Positions 35,369 to 45,256 of a stretch of DNA of 64,000 bases are shown here, one piece after another; position 1 is the stretch's first letter, and every line of letters starts with the position of its first letter. A program made the translations under genes and the position numbers. The notes beneath the pieces were generated by a model. That model was not told the origin of the DNA and made no database searches. It saw nothing but the letters and a program-made list of their open reading frames with translations. This stretch comes from Desulfurococcales archaeon (lineage in GTDB: Archaea; Thermoproteota; Thermoprotei_A; Sulfolobales; NBVN01). The stretch spans positions 14,384-78,383 of the forward strand of contig JAGDWD010000005.1 in the NCBI GenBank assembly GCA_023255955.1, given 5' to 3'.

Positions 35369-36393
35369 GCTACCGCCACCTCCCGCCGTACTCTAGGGTC
35401 TATGAATGGGGTCACCATGTCCACTATTATCACCCCGATAATGGTTGCTACAGTCATCATGAAGAATATCCCCTGTAGGAGTCCGTAGTCCCTGATGCTC
35501 AACGCTATCGACAAGTAGTAACCCATACCTGGGTAGGCAAATATGGTCTCTATGAGTGTCGACCCACCTATCATGCCCCCTATTCGGAGGGCAAGGAGAG
35601 GTATCAGAGGCAGTATAGAGTTCCTACCAACGTATGTAGTTATTATCCTCCTCCTGCTTATCCCCCTAGCCTCAGCGTACTTAAGGAAGTCTTCCTCGAG
35701 GATCTTAGCGACATTTGATCTTATTAGGAGTGCCCACCCACTGAACGTTGTGACTACGTAGGTCAGTATCGGTAGTGCAGCATGGTATAGTACGTCCGCT
35801 ATGAACCTGAGGTTAAAGCCCGGCTCTACATCAGGGGAGTACGCTCCCCTTGCTGGTAGTAGCCCGAGCCTCGCAGAGAGGATTATGTAGAGGAATAGAG
35901 CTATGGCGTAGCCAGGTATTGCTGAGATCACAGTGAATGTTGACGACATGATGAAGTCTGATTTACTCCCCCGCTTAAACCCTGCTACCATCCCGGCTAG
36001 TACTCCGATGACGAATGAGAGAGATACCCCTATAGACAATGTAAATACTGTCCACCCTAAGGCCCTAGCAACTACGTATGTGACAGGCCTCTTGAAGTAT
36101 GTGGAGTAGCCTAGGTTCCCTCGAAGTAGGCCCAGAACGTACTCGAAGTACTGGACATAGATGGGCTTCTCGATCTCTATTCCGTAGTAGATAGAGTAGA
36201 CGATCTTCCTAGCCTCCTCGAACGGTATTCTCAGCTCCTCAGCTAGAGACGCGGCTAGTGTGTAGAGGACATCTCCGGGCATGGACCTTATTGCTATGAA
36301 GGTCACTGTTGAGGCTATCATTATCGTAATTAAAGCGTAAACAAGTCTCTTCCCAAGTATCTTACCGAAGGGAAAAAGAGCTTTTAAATCCAT
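35365..36393 (-). CDS. Opp/Dpp-type ABC permease (OppB/DppB-like)
   Basis: 342 aa. MPGDVLYTLA (DppB N-terminal motif), EDFLKYAEARGIS EAA loop, C-terminal DPRVR. Confidence 0.85.
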   Translation of the reverse strand: MDLKALFPFGKILGKRLVYALITIMIASTVTFIAIRSMPGDVLYTLAASLAEELRIPFEEARKIVYSIYYGIEIEKPIYVQYFEYVLGLLRGNLGYSTYFKRPVTYVVARALGWTVFTLSIGVSLSFVIGVLAGMVAGFKRGSKSDFIMSSTFTVISAIPGYAIALFLYIILSARLGLLPARGAYSPDVEPGFNLRFIADVLYHAALPILTYVVTTFSGWALLIRSNVAKILEEDFLKYAEARGISRRRIITTYVGRNSILPLIPLLALRIGGMIGGSTLIETIFAYPGMGYYLSIALSIRDYGLLQGIFFMMTVATIIGVIIVDMVTPFIDPRVRREVAVA

Positions 36394-36414
36394 CTTCCTT
36401 CCCCAACTGAGAAC

Positions 36415-38433
36415 TTATCGTAGGTAATATATGCTGAGGAGTAGGAGGGCTCTATAGTAGCCAGCATCCATCAGCCTAACGCTCCAGACTGGGTCGTCTA
36501 GTGATGGCCAGCCCTTAATGTCCTTAGTGTTCATGAAGACCCAAACACCGTACTCATATAGGTGGAACACCGGGACATACTCATTAACTATCCAGGCAAA
36601 TGCCTTAACAGCACACTTCTCTATGTCGGTACCTGGGTTGTTGTAGAGTATGCTGAAGAGCCTCGATATGTTCTCGTCCTTAGTGCAGTCCTTCCACGGG
36701 TGCTGAATATTCCACCAGTTCGGGAACGCTATAGCTCCTCCAGCTCCCCACCCTAGCATCAGTATATGCGACCATGTCCAGTACGGGTGGCCGGTGGCGT
36801 ACATGAGGCTGGATATCCATATGGTTATATCGTAGTTCCTCAGAGTCGTGTACGATGTGGCGTAGGTCTGAACGAGGGTGGTCCAGACAGCACTAGGCAC
36901 TACGTTTATCTGTGTTGATATGCCGAAGTTGTTGAGGGCTGATGCCACAGCCTCGGCAACTATCGCGTAGTCGGAGGTTATGGTTATCGTAACCGATATA
37001 GGAGTCCCATTCGGTAGCAACCACTTCCCGGTGCGGGGATCCTTCTTAAACCCTCCAGCTAACATCTCCTGCTCTGCCTTCTTAGGATCATAACTGTATT
37101 TAGTGAAGTACTTGAGGTCGTCCTGGGAGAGCCACTGCCAGAGGAACTCCTCCGGTAGACCTATGTTCAGTATGGGCTCCTTTGCCTGGAACGGGAGGGC
37201 TGTTAATATCTCGTCTCTATTTATAAGGTACGCTACTGCTCTGCGGAAGTGGGTATCGTTCATCGGGTAGCGCTGGAAGTTGAATAATATGCCAACCATT
37301 CTGAAGTGTGTTAACGGGTATATCAATAGGTTCGGGTTTAGAGCACCTATAGCATCCACCAGGTCTGGGGTAAGCGAGGAGAGGGTAGTCCAGGTAACAG
37401 CTCCCCTACCCAGCTCCTCTATGATCACAGCAGTCTCGGGTGAGCGCGACATGATCCACTTAGATACAGCTATGTTAGGTGCGTTCCAGAAATACGGGTT
37501 CTTCTCCCAGATTATGTTTGACTCAGTTATCTTAGCTGGGTAGTAGGGACCGTTAGCTAGCGATGTCGGGACCTTCTTAGCAACCTCAGTTAGGTTCCCT
37601 TTAAACCACTTGTTGAGTAGGGCTAGTCTGTCTGTGATCTCTTTAGGTATTGGTTGTGCAGTAGCTGAGAGGTAGTAACGATGCTTCAGTAGCTGGTACT
37701 GCTCTGTACATATAGGCCATAGAGGATCTACCTTATAGTATCTACTGGATGCCCAAACACCATACCATGACCACATCCACGAGGTGAGAGTCTCAAATCT
37801 TATGTTAGTTCCGTTGAAGTACCTCCTTATAGTTGTTGCGTCAACCACCTCATAGTAACCTGGGAAAGAGTTGTAGTAGCAGCCGTAGTATACTATGCTG
37901 ATGAATACGTCCTCAGCTGTTACTGGGTCCCCATTACTCCAACCAGTCTTCTTGAGCTTTACCTCAGCTATGGTAACATTCTTTACGGGATCTACCCTGA
38001 AGGTCCAGCTATCAGCTAGTAACTGAAGGAGCTTAGGGTACTCCCCGGGGAGTCCGGGCAGGGGAGCTCTCTCAGCAGGCACTAAGAAAACTAGTGGCAT
38101 GTGGGTGTAGTAGTGTAACATACCGATAGTACCCACTAACGGGTTAGTGATGTAGTTCTCTGGGGGTGGCCAGCTACCGTATAAATATATAACCTTCTCT
38201 GTCGGGGCTACGGTAATCGGTGTAGTTGTTGGGGTGGTCGGAGTAGTGGTCGGAGGGGTAGTTATGGGAGCGGTAGGTGTTGTTGTTGGGGTGGGCTTAG
38301 GTGTTGTTGTAGGTGTTGGGGTTGTTGCTGGTGCGGACGGACCCATGAGGACCATACCTGCTATGGTACCAACTACAGCTACTATAATGATTAAAGCTAC
38401 TATAATGTATAAGGTCTGTTTTTGAAGAGGCAC
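36415..38433 (-). CDS. ABC substrate-binding protein, family 5 (Opp/Dpp type), N-terminally anchored through a Thr/Pro-rich linker
   Basis: 672 aa. An N-terminal TM helix is followed by PATTPTPTTTPKPTPTTTPTAPITTPPTTTPTTPTTTP and an SBP_bac_5-like body. GTG start. Confidence 0.8.
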   Translation of the reverse strand: MPLQKQTLYIIVALIIIVAVVGTIAGMVLMGPSAPATTPTPTTTPKPTPTTTPTAPITTPPTTTPTTPTTTPITVAPTEKVIYLYGSWPPPENYITNPLVGTIGMLHYYTHMPLVFLVPAERAPLPGLPGEYPKLLQLLADSWTFRVDPVKNVTIAEVKLKKTGWSNGDPVTAEDVFISIVYYGCYYNSFPGYYEVVDATTIRRYFNGTNIRFETLTSWMWSWYGVWASSRYYKVDPLWPICTEQYQLLKHRYYLSATAQPIPKEITDRLALLNKWFKGNLTEVAKKVPTSLANGPYYPAKITESNIIWEKNPYFWNAPNIAVSKWIMSRSPETAVIIEELGRGAVTWTTLSSLTPDLVDAIGALNPNLLIYPLTHFRMVGILFNFQRYPMNDTHFRRAVAYLINRDEILTALPFQAKEPILNIGLPEEFLWQWLSQDDLKYFTKYSYDPKKAEQEMLAGGFKKDPRTGKWLLPNGTPISVTITITSDYAIVAEAVASALNNFGISTQINVVPSAVWTTLVQTYATSYTTLRNYDITIWISSLMYATGHPYWTWSHILMLGWGAGGAIAFPNWWNIQHPWKDCTKDENISRLFSILYNNPGTDIEKCAVKAFAWIVNEYVPVFHLYEYGVWVFMNTKDIKGWPSLDDPVWSVRLMDAGYYRALLLLSIYYLR

Positions 38434-38479
38434 TACGTTACCACCGAAATGCTTTACGAACTGGTGCTATTATACCTCC

Positions 38480-38493
38480 GAGTTACGTAACTC
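38480..38493. promoter_or_regulatory. perfect 14-bp palindrome GAGTTACGTAACTC directly upstream of TATA (GTATAATAG) of the ABC operon
   Basis: Shares the AGTTACGTAAC core with 32215-32225. It lies ~47-60 nt upstream of the GTG start at 38433. Confidence 0.55.
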
Positions 38494-38603
38494 AGAATTA
38501 GTATGACCTAGATCAAACATGTGGCTGAAAGGTCATCGGCTATAGGGCTCTAAAACAAGGTAAAGTTTTGTCCGAGCCTATGAGGGTGTCAGCCGTCCTC
38601 TGT

Positions 38604-39887
38604 CTACCATTGATCGATTCTCGGTATGTAGACAGCTTTCTTGTGGAATACCGTGCTCATGGTTTCCACTGCCTTAGTGCTCATGTCTATTCTCTTAACG
38701 TAGTTGGGATCTAACATCTCGCTCAGAGAGCTTATGCCGTAGATAACCCTAACTAAACCGTCCTGAGTGAACTCAATAGTGTTTTCCTCCGAGCATTCAG
38801 CGGATATCCGCACTTCAGAGCTAGATATGTATAAGTCAGCGCAGCCGAATGGGCTCTTTACGGTGACCGATGTCTGACCGTCAACGTACTTTGCTCTCCC
38901 GGAGAGTTCTGCGGCCATACTGTCGAGAAGTCCCTTAAGGTCGATTACGTAGTCCATTAGAAAGGCACCTTTAAACTCCTCAAAGTACTTTGAGAGCCCG
39001 GCGTAGGTACCTGCTGGCAGGTAGAGTCTGAAGATCTTCGCTCCCCTACTTGCTAACCGCCTTAACGTCTCCTTAATTACCACCTTAAGGTAGTGTACAT
39101 CCGTAGCTACAGCTTCAAGTACTACACCGGTATCTTTAGGGAAGTAGCTTCTCGTAGCTGATGATCCGTCAAAGGCTAGTGAGTAACCAACAGGCCTGGA
39201 AGAGTCTTTGAATAGCAATCTTATCGATGCCTCCGGTTTGTCGTAGAAGAAGCTGTACATGAAGAATTTCCGAAGTATTTTACTGACCCAGTACTCCCTC
39301 GGACGCCAAACAGCTAGATTTAAGGTCCTCCCCCACGTGTCGTGTAGTTGCATGACTGAGTCAATATTTCGTTCATCTATCTCCTCCACATCCAGCTCCT
39401 GTCTCCCCCAATCCTCGAGGAGCTTCACTACGCTGTCGTATGCTCCCACATACGTATTCAAGAATGCTGTATTCGAGAAACCGACTTTCCTATATACCCT
39501 GTAACCTTCACTGCCATAGCCTGTTAATAAAGATGCGAGGCTTAAACCCCTCTCTCTACATATGTCTATAGCCTTCCTCATAAGGGATGAGGCTATCCCC
39601 CGGCCCCGGAATTCCGGGTGGGTAGCTACGTTAGCTATACCACATATATCCACCTTACTAACACCTAGATAGACCTTCCTGAACACTATGTGGAGATGAC
39701 CTACTATCCTCCCATCAAGCTCAGCTACGAGAGCATTCTCCCTCCTATACCCGTAGTCACCTTCTTCATACGAGATCCAGTCATCCACTGTGAGACCCCA
39801 GCGATTGAAGTCGGAGAAACATACCTTGAGGAGCTCTACAATACCTCTCTCATCTCCCTCCCTATAGGTCCTTACAGTAAGTGGCAT
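38604..39887 (-). CDS. Eis-like GNAT N-acetyltransferase (GNAT + SCP2-like C-terminal region)
   Basis: 427 aa. VATHPEFRGRGIASSLMRKAI is the acetyl-CoA-binding motif. The ~400 aa three-part layout matches the Eis family. Confidence 0.7.
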   Translation of the reverse strand: MPLTVRTYREGDERGIVELLKVCFSDFNRWGLTVDDWISYEEGDYGYRRENALVAELDGRIVGHLHIVFRKVYLGVSKVDICGIANVATHPEFRGRGIASSLMRKAIDICRERGLSLASLLTGYGSEGYRVYRKVGFSNTAFLNTYVGAYDSVVKLLEDWGRQELDVEEIDERNIDSVMQLHDTWGRTLNLAVWRPREYWVSKILRKFFMYSFFYDKPEASIRLLFKDSSRPVGYSLAFDGSSATRSYFPKDTGVVLEAVATDVHYLKVVIKETLRRLASRGAKIFRLYLPAGTYAGLSKYFEEFKGAFLMDYVIDLKGLLDSMAAELSGRAKYVDGQTSVTVKSPFGCADLYISSSEVRISAECSEENTIEFTQDGLVRVIYGISSLSEMLDPNYVKRIDMSTKAVETMSTVFHKKAVYIPRIDQW

Positions 39888-40082
39888 GCTACCACCCAGT
39901 CACATCATGTGTGCAAGCTAGAGCATAAGGTAGAGACCGAGAAGACCCAACATACCTCCCTCGACAACCCTCTAAGTGTTCTACTGAAAGCATAGAGCTC
40001 CCGGAGAGTCTAGTCTATATGTTATTTTTAGGTTCTCAATTACTTACAGCTGAGGCCATCAACATCTAGAAGGAAGCAGGAT

Positions 40083-41018
40083 CTAGCGGTAGAGTACCGC
40101 ATAGGCTGCTCCGTAGAGACATGATAAGCTACCTAGAGCTGTCGCAGTAATCTTACAGGCTCTTACTGCTACGGGCTGGGCTACTCTAGAGAAAACCTCC
40201 TCTATTAAATCCTTAAATCTAATCCACAACTCTACTCCAACACTACCCCCAAACACAACAATCTCAGGGTTAAGCGCGCTGACTAAGTTCGCTACTAGGA
40301 TACCCACTACTAGCGCAACTTTCCTGAGTGTCTTCACAGCAAAGGGAGCACCGAGATCATGTGCTCGGAAGAGGCACCTAGCGTCAAGCTCTTCACATAG
40401 ATCTCTAAGGGTCTTACCTGGAAGTACCTCCTCAGAAGCATGCTTTGATACCAGCTCTGACAAGCTTAGGCCACTCACTACCTCCTCTAGGTAACCCCTC
40501 CGCGACTTACGTTTACGCGGTCTCTGCGAAAGGAGCCACCAGCCAACCGCGCCAGCAACATTTGTAGCACCTCTTAGTATCTTCCCATCAATCATTATGC
40601 CGGCACCCACTCCAGTACCAATGATTAGTGTGATAACGTTTCTCATCCCTCTAGCTGAGCCTAGCCACACCTCCCCCAAAACGCTGGCTTCTCTGTCATC
40701 TACTATCTTGAGTTTCGCAGGTTGTTTTAGGGAGTTTTTAATAGTTGAGCGCAGGTTAACGCCATCCCAGCCTCTTATGTTGGGGGCCCAGACGTAGGAG
40801 CCCCTCCAAACCGCGCCAGGTACGCAGATCCCAACTCCATCAAGCTCCCTGTGAGAGTACCTAGTAACTACCTCCCTAACTTGGTTCACCACGTAGTTCC
40901 CACCTCTTTTATCGGTCATCATATGACCTTGCTCTAAAACGTTACCTAGCCCATCAACTAAGGCGTAAGCTATCTTAGTACCACCCACATCTATTGATAG
41001 AACTAACCTACTGCTCAA
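40083..41018 (-). CDS. ROK-family sugar kinase (glucokinase / N-acetylhexosamine kinase type, no HTH domain)
   Basis: LSIDVGGTKIAYALVD, GICVPG, GTGVGAGI. It starts directly with the ATPase fold, so it is a kinase rather than a repressor. Confidence 0.85.
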   Translation of the reverse strand: MSSRLVLSIDVGGTKIAYALVDGLGNVLEQGHMMTDKRGGNYVVNQVREVVTRYSHRELDGVGICVPGAVWRGSYVWAPNIRGWDGVNLRSTIKNSLKQPAKLKIVDDREASVLGEVWLGSARGMRNVITLIIGTGVGAGIMIDGKILRGATNVAGAVGWWLLSQRPRKRKSRRGYLEEVVSGLSLSELVSKHASEEVLPGKTLRDLCEELDARCLFRAHDLGAPFAVKTLRKVALVVGILVANLVSALNPEIVVFGGSVGVELWIRFKDLIEEVFSRVAQPVAVRACKITATALGSLSCLYGAAYAVLYR

Positions 41019-41030
41019 GCTATCACCAAA

Positions 41031-41825
41031 TCACTTCGCTAAGTGCTGTGAGTACAGCTCCCTATATTTCCGCAGTACCTCCCCCATAACCTGCTCAGCG
41101 TCGGTGTCGAAGCCTCTAACTGGGAGCACGAGTACTCTATGTCCGGAGCTGATAAGGTAGGTGAGAGTCTTAAGGATTAGAGCATTAGCTACAAAAATAG
41201 ACGCTATCGTAGAGAGAGGGCCCACTCTTAGTACCCGCTCTTCGTGGGTAAAGCGTATTGATACATCTCCTTCGGGTACCCCAGTATCTATAACTACGTC
41301 AGCTACTTCATGGAGTTTAACCCCCGCTGGATGACGTGGACTGGCCTTAGCGGCATGTTTAAGTGAGGTCACACCAATGACGCGGGCTTTCCTATGCTTG
41401 AACTGTAAAGCTATTTCCACAGTTATAGGTGTCGTCCCCGAGTGCGAGAATAGTACAGCACAGTCCTCCCCATGAATCTCGTAATTCTCCACTATTCTCC
41501 GCCCATACTCTGGGGAATTCTCGATGAAGTCGAATTGGGGGTAACCCATGTCCCCAACAATCCTTAGGAACGACACTAAGGGTAAATCAACTATAGGTAG
41601 AAAACCTAGGAACGAGCCATACCTCGGAAACATCTCCATGACGGGTATTGCTGAGTGTCCAGAACCGAATAGGAAACAGACATGCCCTCCAGCAATAGTG
41701 TCTGCTATTATTTTAGCAGCTTCCTCTATTTTCGCGGCTTGAGTAGTCATTATGTAGTGAAAGACCTCAGCGACCTTCTTGTACCATTCACCAAGTAGGT
41801 CTAGCTGGCGATCTGGATTACTCAT
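41031..41825 (-). CDS. SIS-domain (SIS_2/UPF0309-like) sugar-phosphate isomerase-type protein
   Basis: 264 aa with FLFGSGHSAIP and VLFSHSGTTPITVE. It overlaps the upstream GH gene by 4 nt. Confidence 0.7.
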   Translation of the reverse strand: MSNPDRQLDLLGEWYKKVAEVFHYIMTTQAAKIEEAAKIIADTIAGGHVCFLFGSGHSAIPVMEMFPRYGSFLGFLPIVDLPLVSFLRIVGDMGYPQFDFIENSPEYGRRIVENYEIHGEDCAVLFSHSGTTPITVEIALQFKHRKARVIGVTSLKHAAKASPRHPAGVKLHEVADVVIDTGVPEGDVSIRFTHEERVLRVGPLSTIASIFVANALILKTLTYLISSGHRVLVLPVRGFDTDAEQVMGEVLRKYRELYSQHLAK

Positions 41826-43972
41826 GTCTCCGAGTACCCCACAACAACCTTCCTGGGATGAACAAGTAAGGTGAACGTCCCAGACTCAGCTAGGTAGTCT
41901 TTCCCTGTTATTAGATCCTTAAACTTCGTGATACCTAAGGAGCTGGAAATTCTTAGCCTAGCTCGAACCTCGGACTGAGCATGGTTTATTATTACAACTA
42001 ACTTTTCTCTCCCTGATGCTAGTAAACGCACCTCGAGAGATCCAGGCGGATCCACAGTAGCAGGGGGATTGACGTCAGCTACCTTAGCTACACCCAGCAC
42101 AAGGTTCTCCACGCCAGGGTCCCGTGTGTTCTCATAGCTAAGTCCTAACGACGTGCCAGCCCACACAGCAAGTCCTGCCCCGAAGTTTTTTAACGATACT
42201 GTAGGGTGATTTCCGTTCGCGGTAGCTACGACCTTAGCTGAACCATCTACTACGTCTAAGGTTTCAAGGTATTGCCATGCTCTGATAGAGTCCCCTACTC
42301 GGAGTCCTGGAATATATTCATTAACAATCTTCATTACTGCTCCCTCAGTTGTTAAGGTTCTGCAACATGCTTCTCGAATGCCGAAGAGATTCCTTAGAGA
42401 ATGTGCCGGTACCTCAGAATCTACCCAGCCGTCCTCCTTGAACCAGCCAAATCTAGCATCTACTAGAAGAACCCCACCTCTCGATACGAACGACTCCATG
42501 CTTCTCGCCATTCTTTCCGAAACCGAGATGGAGAATGGAGCTATCAATACCTTGTAGTTATAGGATCCCTCCTCAAGTTGCCTAGACGATATTATGTCTA
42601 CCGGCATGTTATACTTAAAGAATATTCTGTAGATCCCGAGAGCTGCTGACGAGGGAATCCTTGCTGTGTCCTCTTGGAGAATCCATAGGAGTCTATACAC
42701 GTACTTGTTGTACAGTATAGCACATTCAGCTCCCAGAGGTCTAGCCCTAACGAATAGCTCTTCATGTTCCTCAAATAGTTTCGCGGTCTTCGATAGCACT
42801 CTAAATCTATCAGTTGGTGACCCGTCCTGGTTGAGGATCCCGTACCCGGAGGACTCATAACCCCACATCATTGGATAGGAGTGATATACGCAAACACCCT
42901 TAGCACCGTGTGCGAAGCTCTGCCAGATCCATAGGGCTACATCATCTGCTGTGACGGGTTCAGCTAGCTTCAGGCCACCAACTCCTTGACCTCCCTGTAG
43001 CTCACCAAGCCAGAAGTCTTTCTGGTGTGAGTATGCTGAAGATCTTACAGCATCTAAGATAAACCCGTCGACTACGGGGTCTGGAACTCTATGAGCGTGT
43101 TTAGGGTATAGGGACGTACCCCAAACATCAACTACCTCAGCCATTTCCCAGTCATCTGGGTGCCCGTAGAGAGGGTTCAGAAAGAGTGAGGTAGTGGCGG
43201 CATGGCTAGCTACGATGTGGTGGGGATCAACACTTTTAACGGTATCAACTCTCCACTTCAAGTCCTCCTTCAGCTTCTGTACATTGAACTCTACCCAATC
43301 TATGTTCTCTCGGGCGTAGTGCAGTACCACAAACCTCGGTGGCTCCACCTCATCGAAGCTACCGTAGCTTCTGTGCCACGCTCTGTTTAATTCCTCTATA
43401 TCGCCATACACCTTCCTAAGCCATTCCCTAAACCTCCTAATGCTGTGATCGCAGTAACAGTAGAGAGACCTACGTTGCCCAAGCTGGAAAACCCACTGCA
43501 CTGTCTGGGGCTCGCTCCAGAGATCCCACGCGTAGAAGTTCTCGTAGCTCTTCAGGAACCTAGCCAAAGCTTTGAGAAACCTCTCAGCACGGTCTCTAAC
43601 CGCCTTACTGTCTAAGCACACCCCAGGACTTCCCTGAGGATAGAGCTTGGTACCGGTCTCCGAAGTAAACAGAGCGTCCGGGAACATCCTTGGGAGCCAG
43701 TCAGGTGCGAATTCTAGGTAGACCTGAACTATGACGCGGAGCCCGAACATGTTTGAGAGCTCCATAAGCTCCTTGAGGGCTTCGAACCTGTAGGTGCTGG
43801 GAGATGGCTCGCAATCCCTCCAGTTTACCCACAACCTTAAGTATCCTACTCCGGCATCTCTGATGCGCTTCAAATCTCCCACATATTTTTCTCTAGTAAG
43901 TGGGGGAGTAACGCTCCCCACTCCATACCATAAAGCAAGCGGGTATGTCCTATAACTGGGAAGTCCGGTCAT
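41822..43972 (-). CDS. GH42/GH35-like glycoside hydrolase (beta-galactosidase / exo-beta-D-glucosaminidase GlmA-like)
   Basis: 716 aa. TIM-barrel N-terminus (DLKRIRDAGVGYLRLWVNWRDCEP, YAWDLWSEPQ acid/base context, WLGELQGG nucleophile context) is followed by a trimerisation-like domain. Confidence 0.7.
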   Translation of the reverse strand: MTGLPSYRTYPLALWYGVGSVTPPLTREKYVGDLKRIRDAGVGYLRLWVNWRDCEPSPSTYRFEALKELMELSNMFGLRVIVQVYLEFAPDWLPRMFPDALFTSETGTKLYPQGSPGVCLDSKAVRDRAERFLKALARFLKSYENFYAWDLWSEPQTVQWVFQLGQRRSLYCYCDHSIRRFREWLRKVYGDIEELNRAWHRSYGSFDEVEPPRFVVLHYARENIDWVEFNVQKLKEDLKWRVDTVKSVDPHHIVASHAATTSLFLNPLYGHPDDWEMAEVVDVWGTSLYPKHAHRVPDPVVDGFILDAVRSSAYSHQKDFWLGELQGGQGVGGLKLAEPVTADDVALWIWQSFAHGAKGVCVYHSYPMMWGYESSGYGILNQDGSPTDRFRVLSKTAKLFEEHEELFVRARPLGAECAILYNKYVYRLLWILQEDTARIPSSAALGIYRIFFKYNMPVDIISSRQLEEGSYNYKVLIAPFSISVSERMARSMESFVSRGGVLLVDARFGWFKEDGWVDSEVPAHSLRNLFGIREACCRTLTTEGAVMKIVNEYIPGLRVGDSIRAWQYLETLDVVDGSAKVVATANGNHPTVSLKNFGAGLAVWAGTSLGLSYENTRDPGVENLVLGVAKVADVNPPATVDPPGSLEVRLLASGREKLVVIINHAQSEVRARLRISSSLGITKFKDLITGKDYLAESGTFTLLVHPRKVVVGYSET

Positions 43973-44092
43973 GTAGGTCCCGTATGGTGTACTATGTAAA
44001 CCCTAATAACATGGTTGTTACTAATATTTCGTTTCAGTAGGTCGTAGATGCTATAAATACCTATTCCCTGTCTTAGCTATGAGAGTCTAGGT

Positions 44093-45256
44093 GTGATTAT
44101 GGGTAAGGTCGCTCTAGGTGTTGATAGATTCCTAGCAGAGGGTACCTACAGGAAGTTCATCGGCCTCAAACTTGTCGTACTGACCAACCAGAGCGCTGTA
44201 ACCTCAGGTCTCACCTACACGATCACCGAGCTCAGAGATAGGGGGATCAACGTCGTATGCGTCCTAGCTCCTGAGCACGGGTTCTGGGCTGAGTACTACG
44301 AAGGCGAGAAAGTTCCGAGCACGTACGAAGAATCCCTCGGACTCCACGTTCGCAGTATATACGGCAGGGAGAGGGGTGAAAGCTATAGAGTTCTTGACGA
44401 GGCGGATGGGGTCATAGTCGACATACAGGACGTTGGGGTGAGGTTCTACACCTACGTATCAGCACTTTTTGAGACCATGGACTACGCAGCTAAGTACGGT
44501 GTCCCGAACGTTGTGGTTCTTGATAGGCCTAACCCTCTGGGTGCTTACGTCATGGAGGGACCCCTCCTCCAGGACGAATACAGGTCCTACGTCGGGTACT
44601 ACAGAATCCCCCTGCGGTTCGGTCTCACCCTAGGTGAGTTAGCTCGGTACTACAACCTAGTGGAAAATCTAGGACTGGAAGTTACGGTAGTTCCGCTAGC
44701 TGGCTACTCCAGGTTCATGGATATTCTCGACCTAGACGTCCCCTGGGTACCACCCTCCCCAGCTATCCCCGATAGGGAGACTGTGATTACCTACCCCTCC
44801 ATAGCGTTACTTGAAGGGACTAACATAAGCGAAGGAAGAGGTACGTACACACCGTTCAAGGTCTTCGGTGCTCCGTTTATCGACCCCTTCAAGCTGGCCT
44901 CCAAGCTGAACTCAGCTAAGCTAGCCGGCGTTATCTTCAGGCCAACCTACTTCAGGTCTAGGTACTCTAAGTACTTAGGCCAGAAATGCGGTGGCGTGTT
45001 CGTTCACGTAGTTGACAGGAAGGCTGTTAGAGTGGTTAGGCTAGGTTTGCAAATACTTAGAGCAATCTACGAGCTCTACCCGGAAAACCTAGTATTCACC
45101 ACGAGTAACGGTAAGTTCTACACAGACCTACTACTCGGGACGGCTAAAGGCCGTGAGGCCGTAATCTCAGGGGAGATAGAGGAGTTCCTGCAGTACGCCT
45201 CCGACAGTGTAAAGGATTTCGAGGAGCAGGCTAGGACGGCCATGATCTACACCTAG
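44093..45256 (+). CDS. DUF1343-family protein (homologue of exo-beta-N-acetylmuramidase NamZ/YbbC)
   Basis: LGVDRFL, LVVLTNQSAV, APEHGFW, VVDIQDVGVRFYTYVS, VVVLDRPNPLG, WVPPSPAIP, LEGTNISEGRGTYTPFKVFGAP. The match to the DUF1343 pattern runs nearly end to end. Confidence 0.85.
   Translation: MIMGKVALGVDRFLAEGTYRKFIGLKLVVLTNQSAVTSGLTYTITELRDRGINVVCVLAPEHGFWAEYYEGEKVPSTYEESLGLHVRSIYGRERGESYRVLDEADGVIVDIQDVGVRFYTYVSALFETMDYAAKYGVPNVVVLDRPNPLGAYVMEGPLLQDEYRSYVGYYRIPLRFGLTLGELARYYNLVENLGLEVTVVPLAGYSRFMDILDLDVPWVPPSPAIPDRETVITYPSIALLEGTNISEGRGTYTPFKVFGAPFIDPFKLASKLNSAKLAGVIFRPTYFRSRYSKYLGQKCGGVFVHVVDRKAVRVVRLGLQILRAIYELYPENLVFTTSNGKFYTDLLLGTAKGREAVISGEIEEFLQYASDSVKDFEEQARTAMIYT

Noticed and set aside
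38234-38425. Listed + ORF rich in Gly/Val (MVGVVVGGVVMGAVGVVVGV...)
   Set aside because: It is the antisense reading of the Thr/Pro-rich linker of the binding-protein gene, a compositional artefact.
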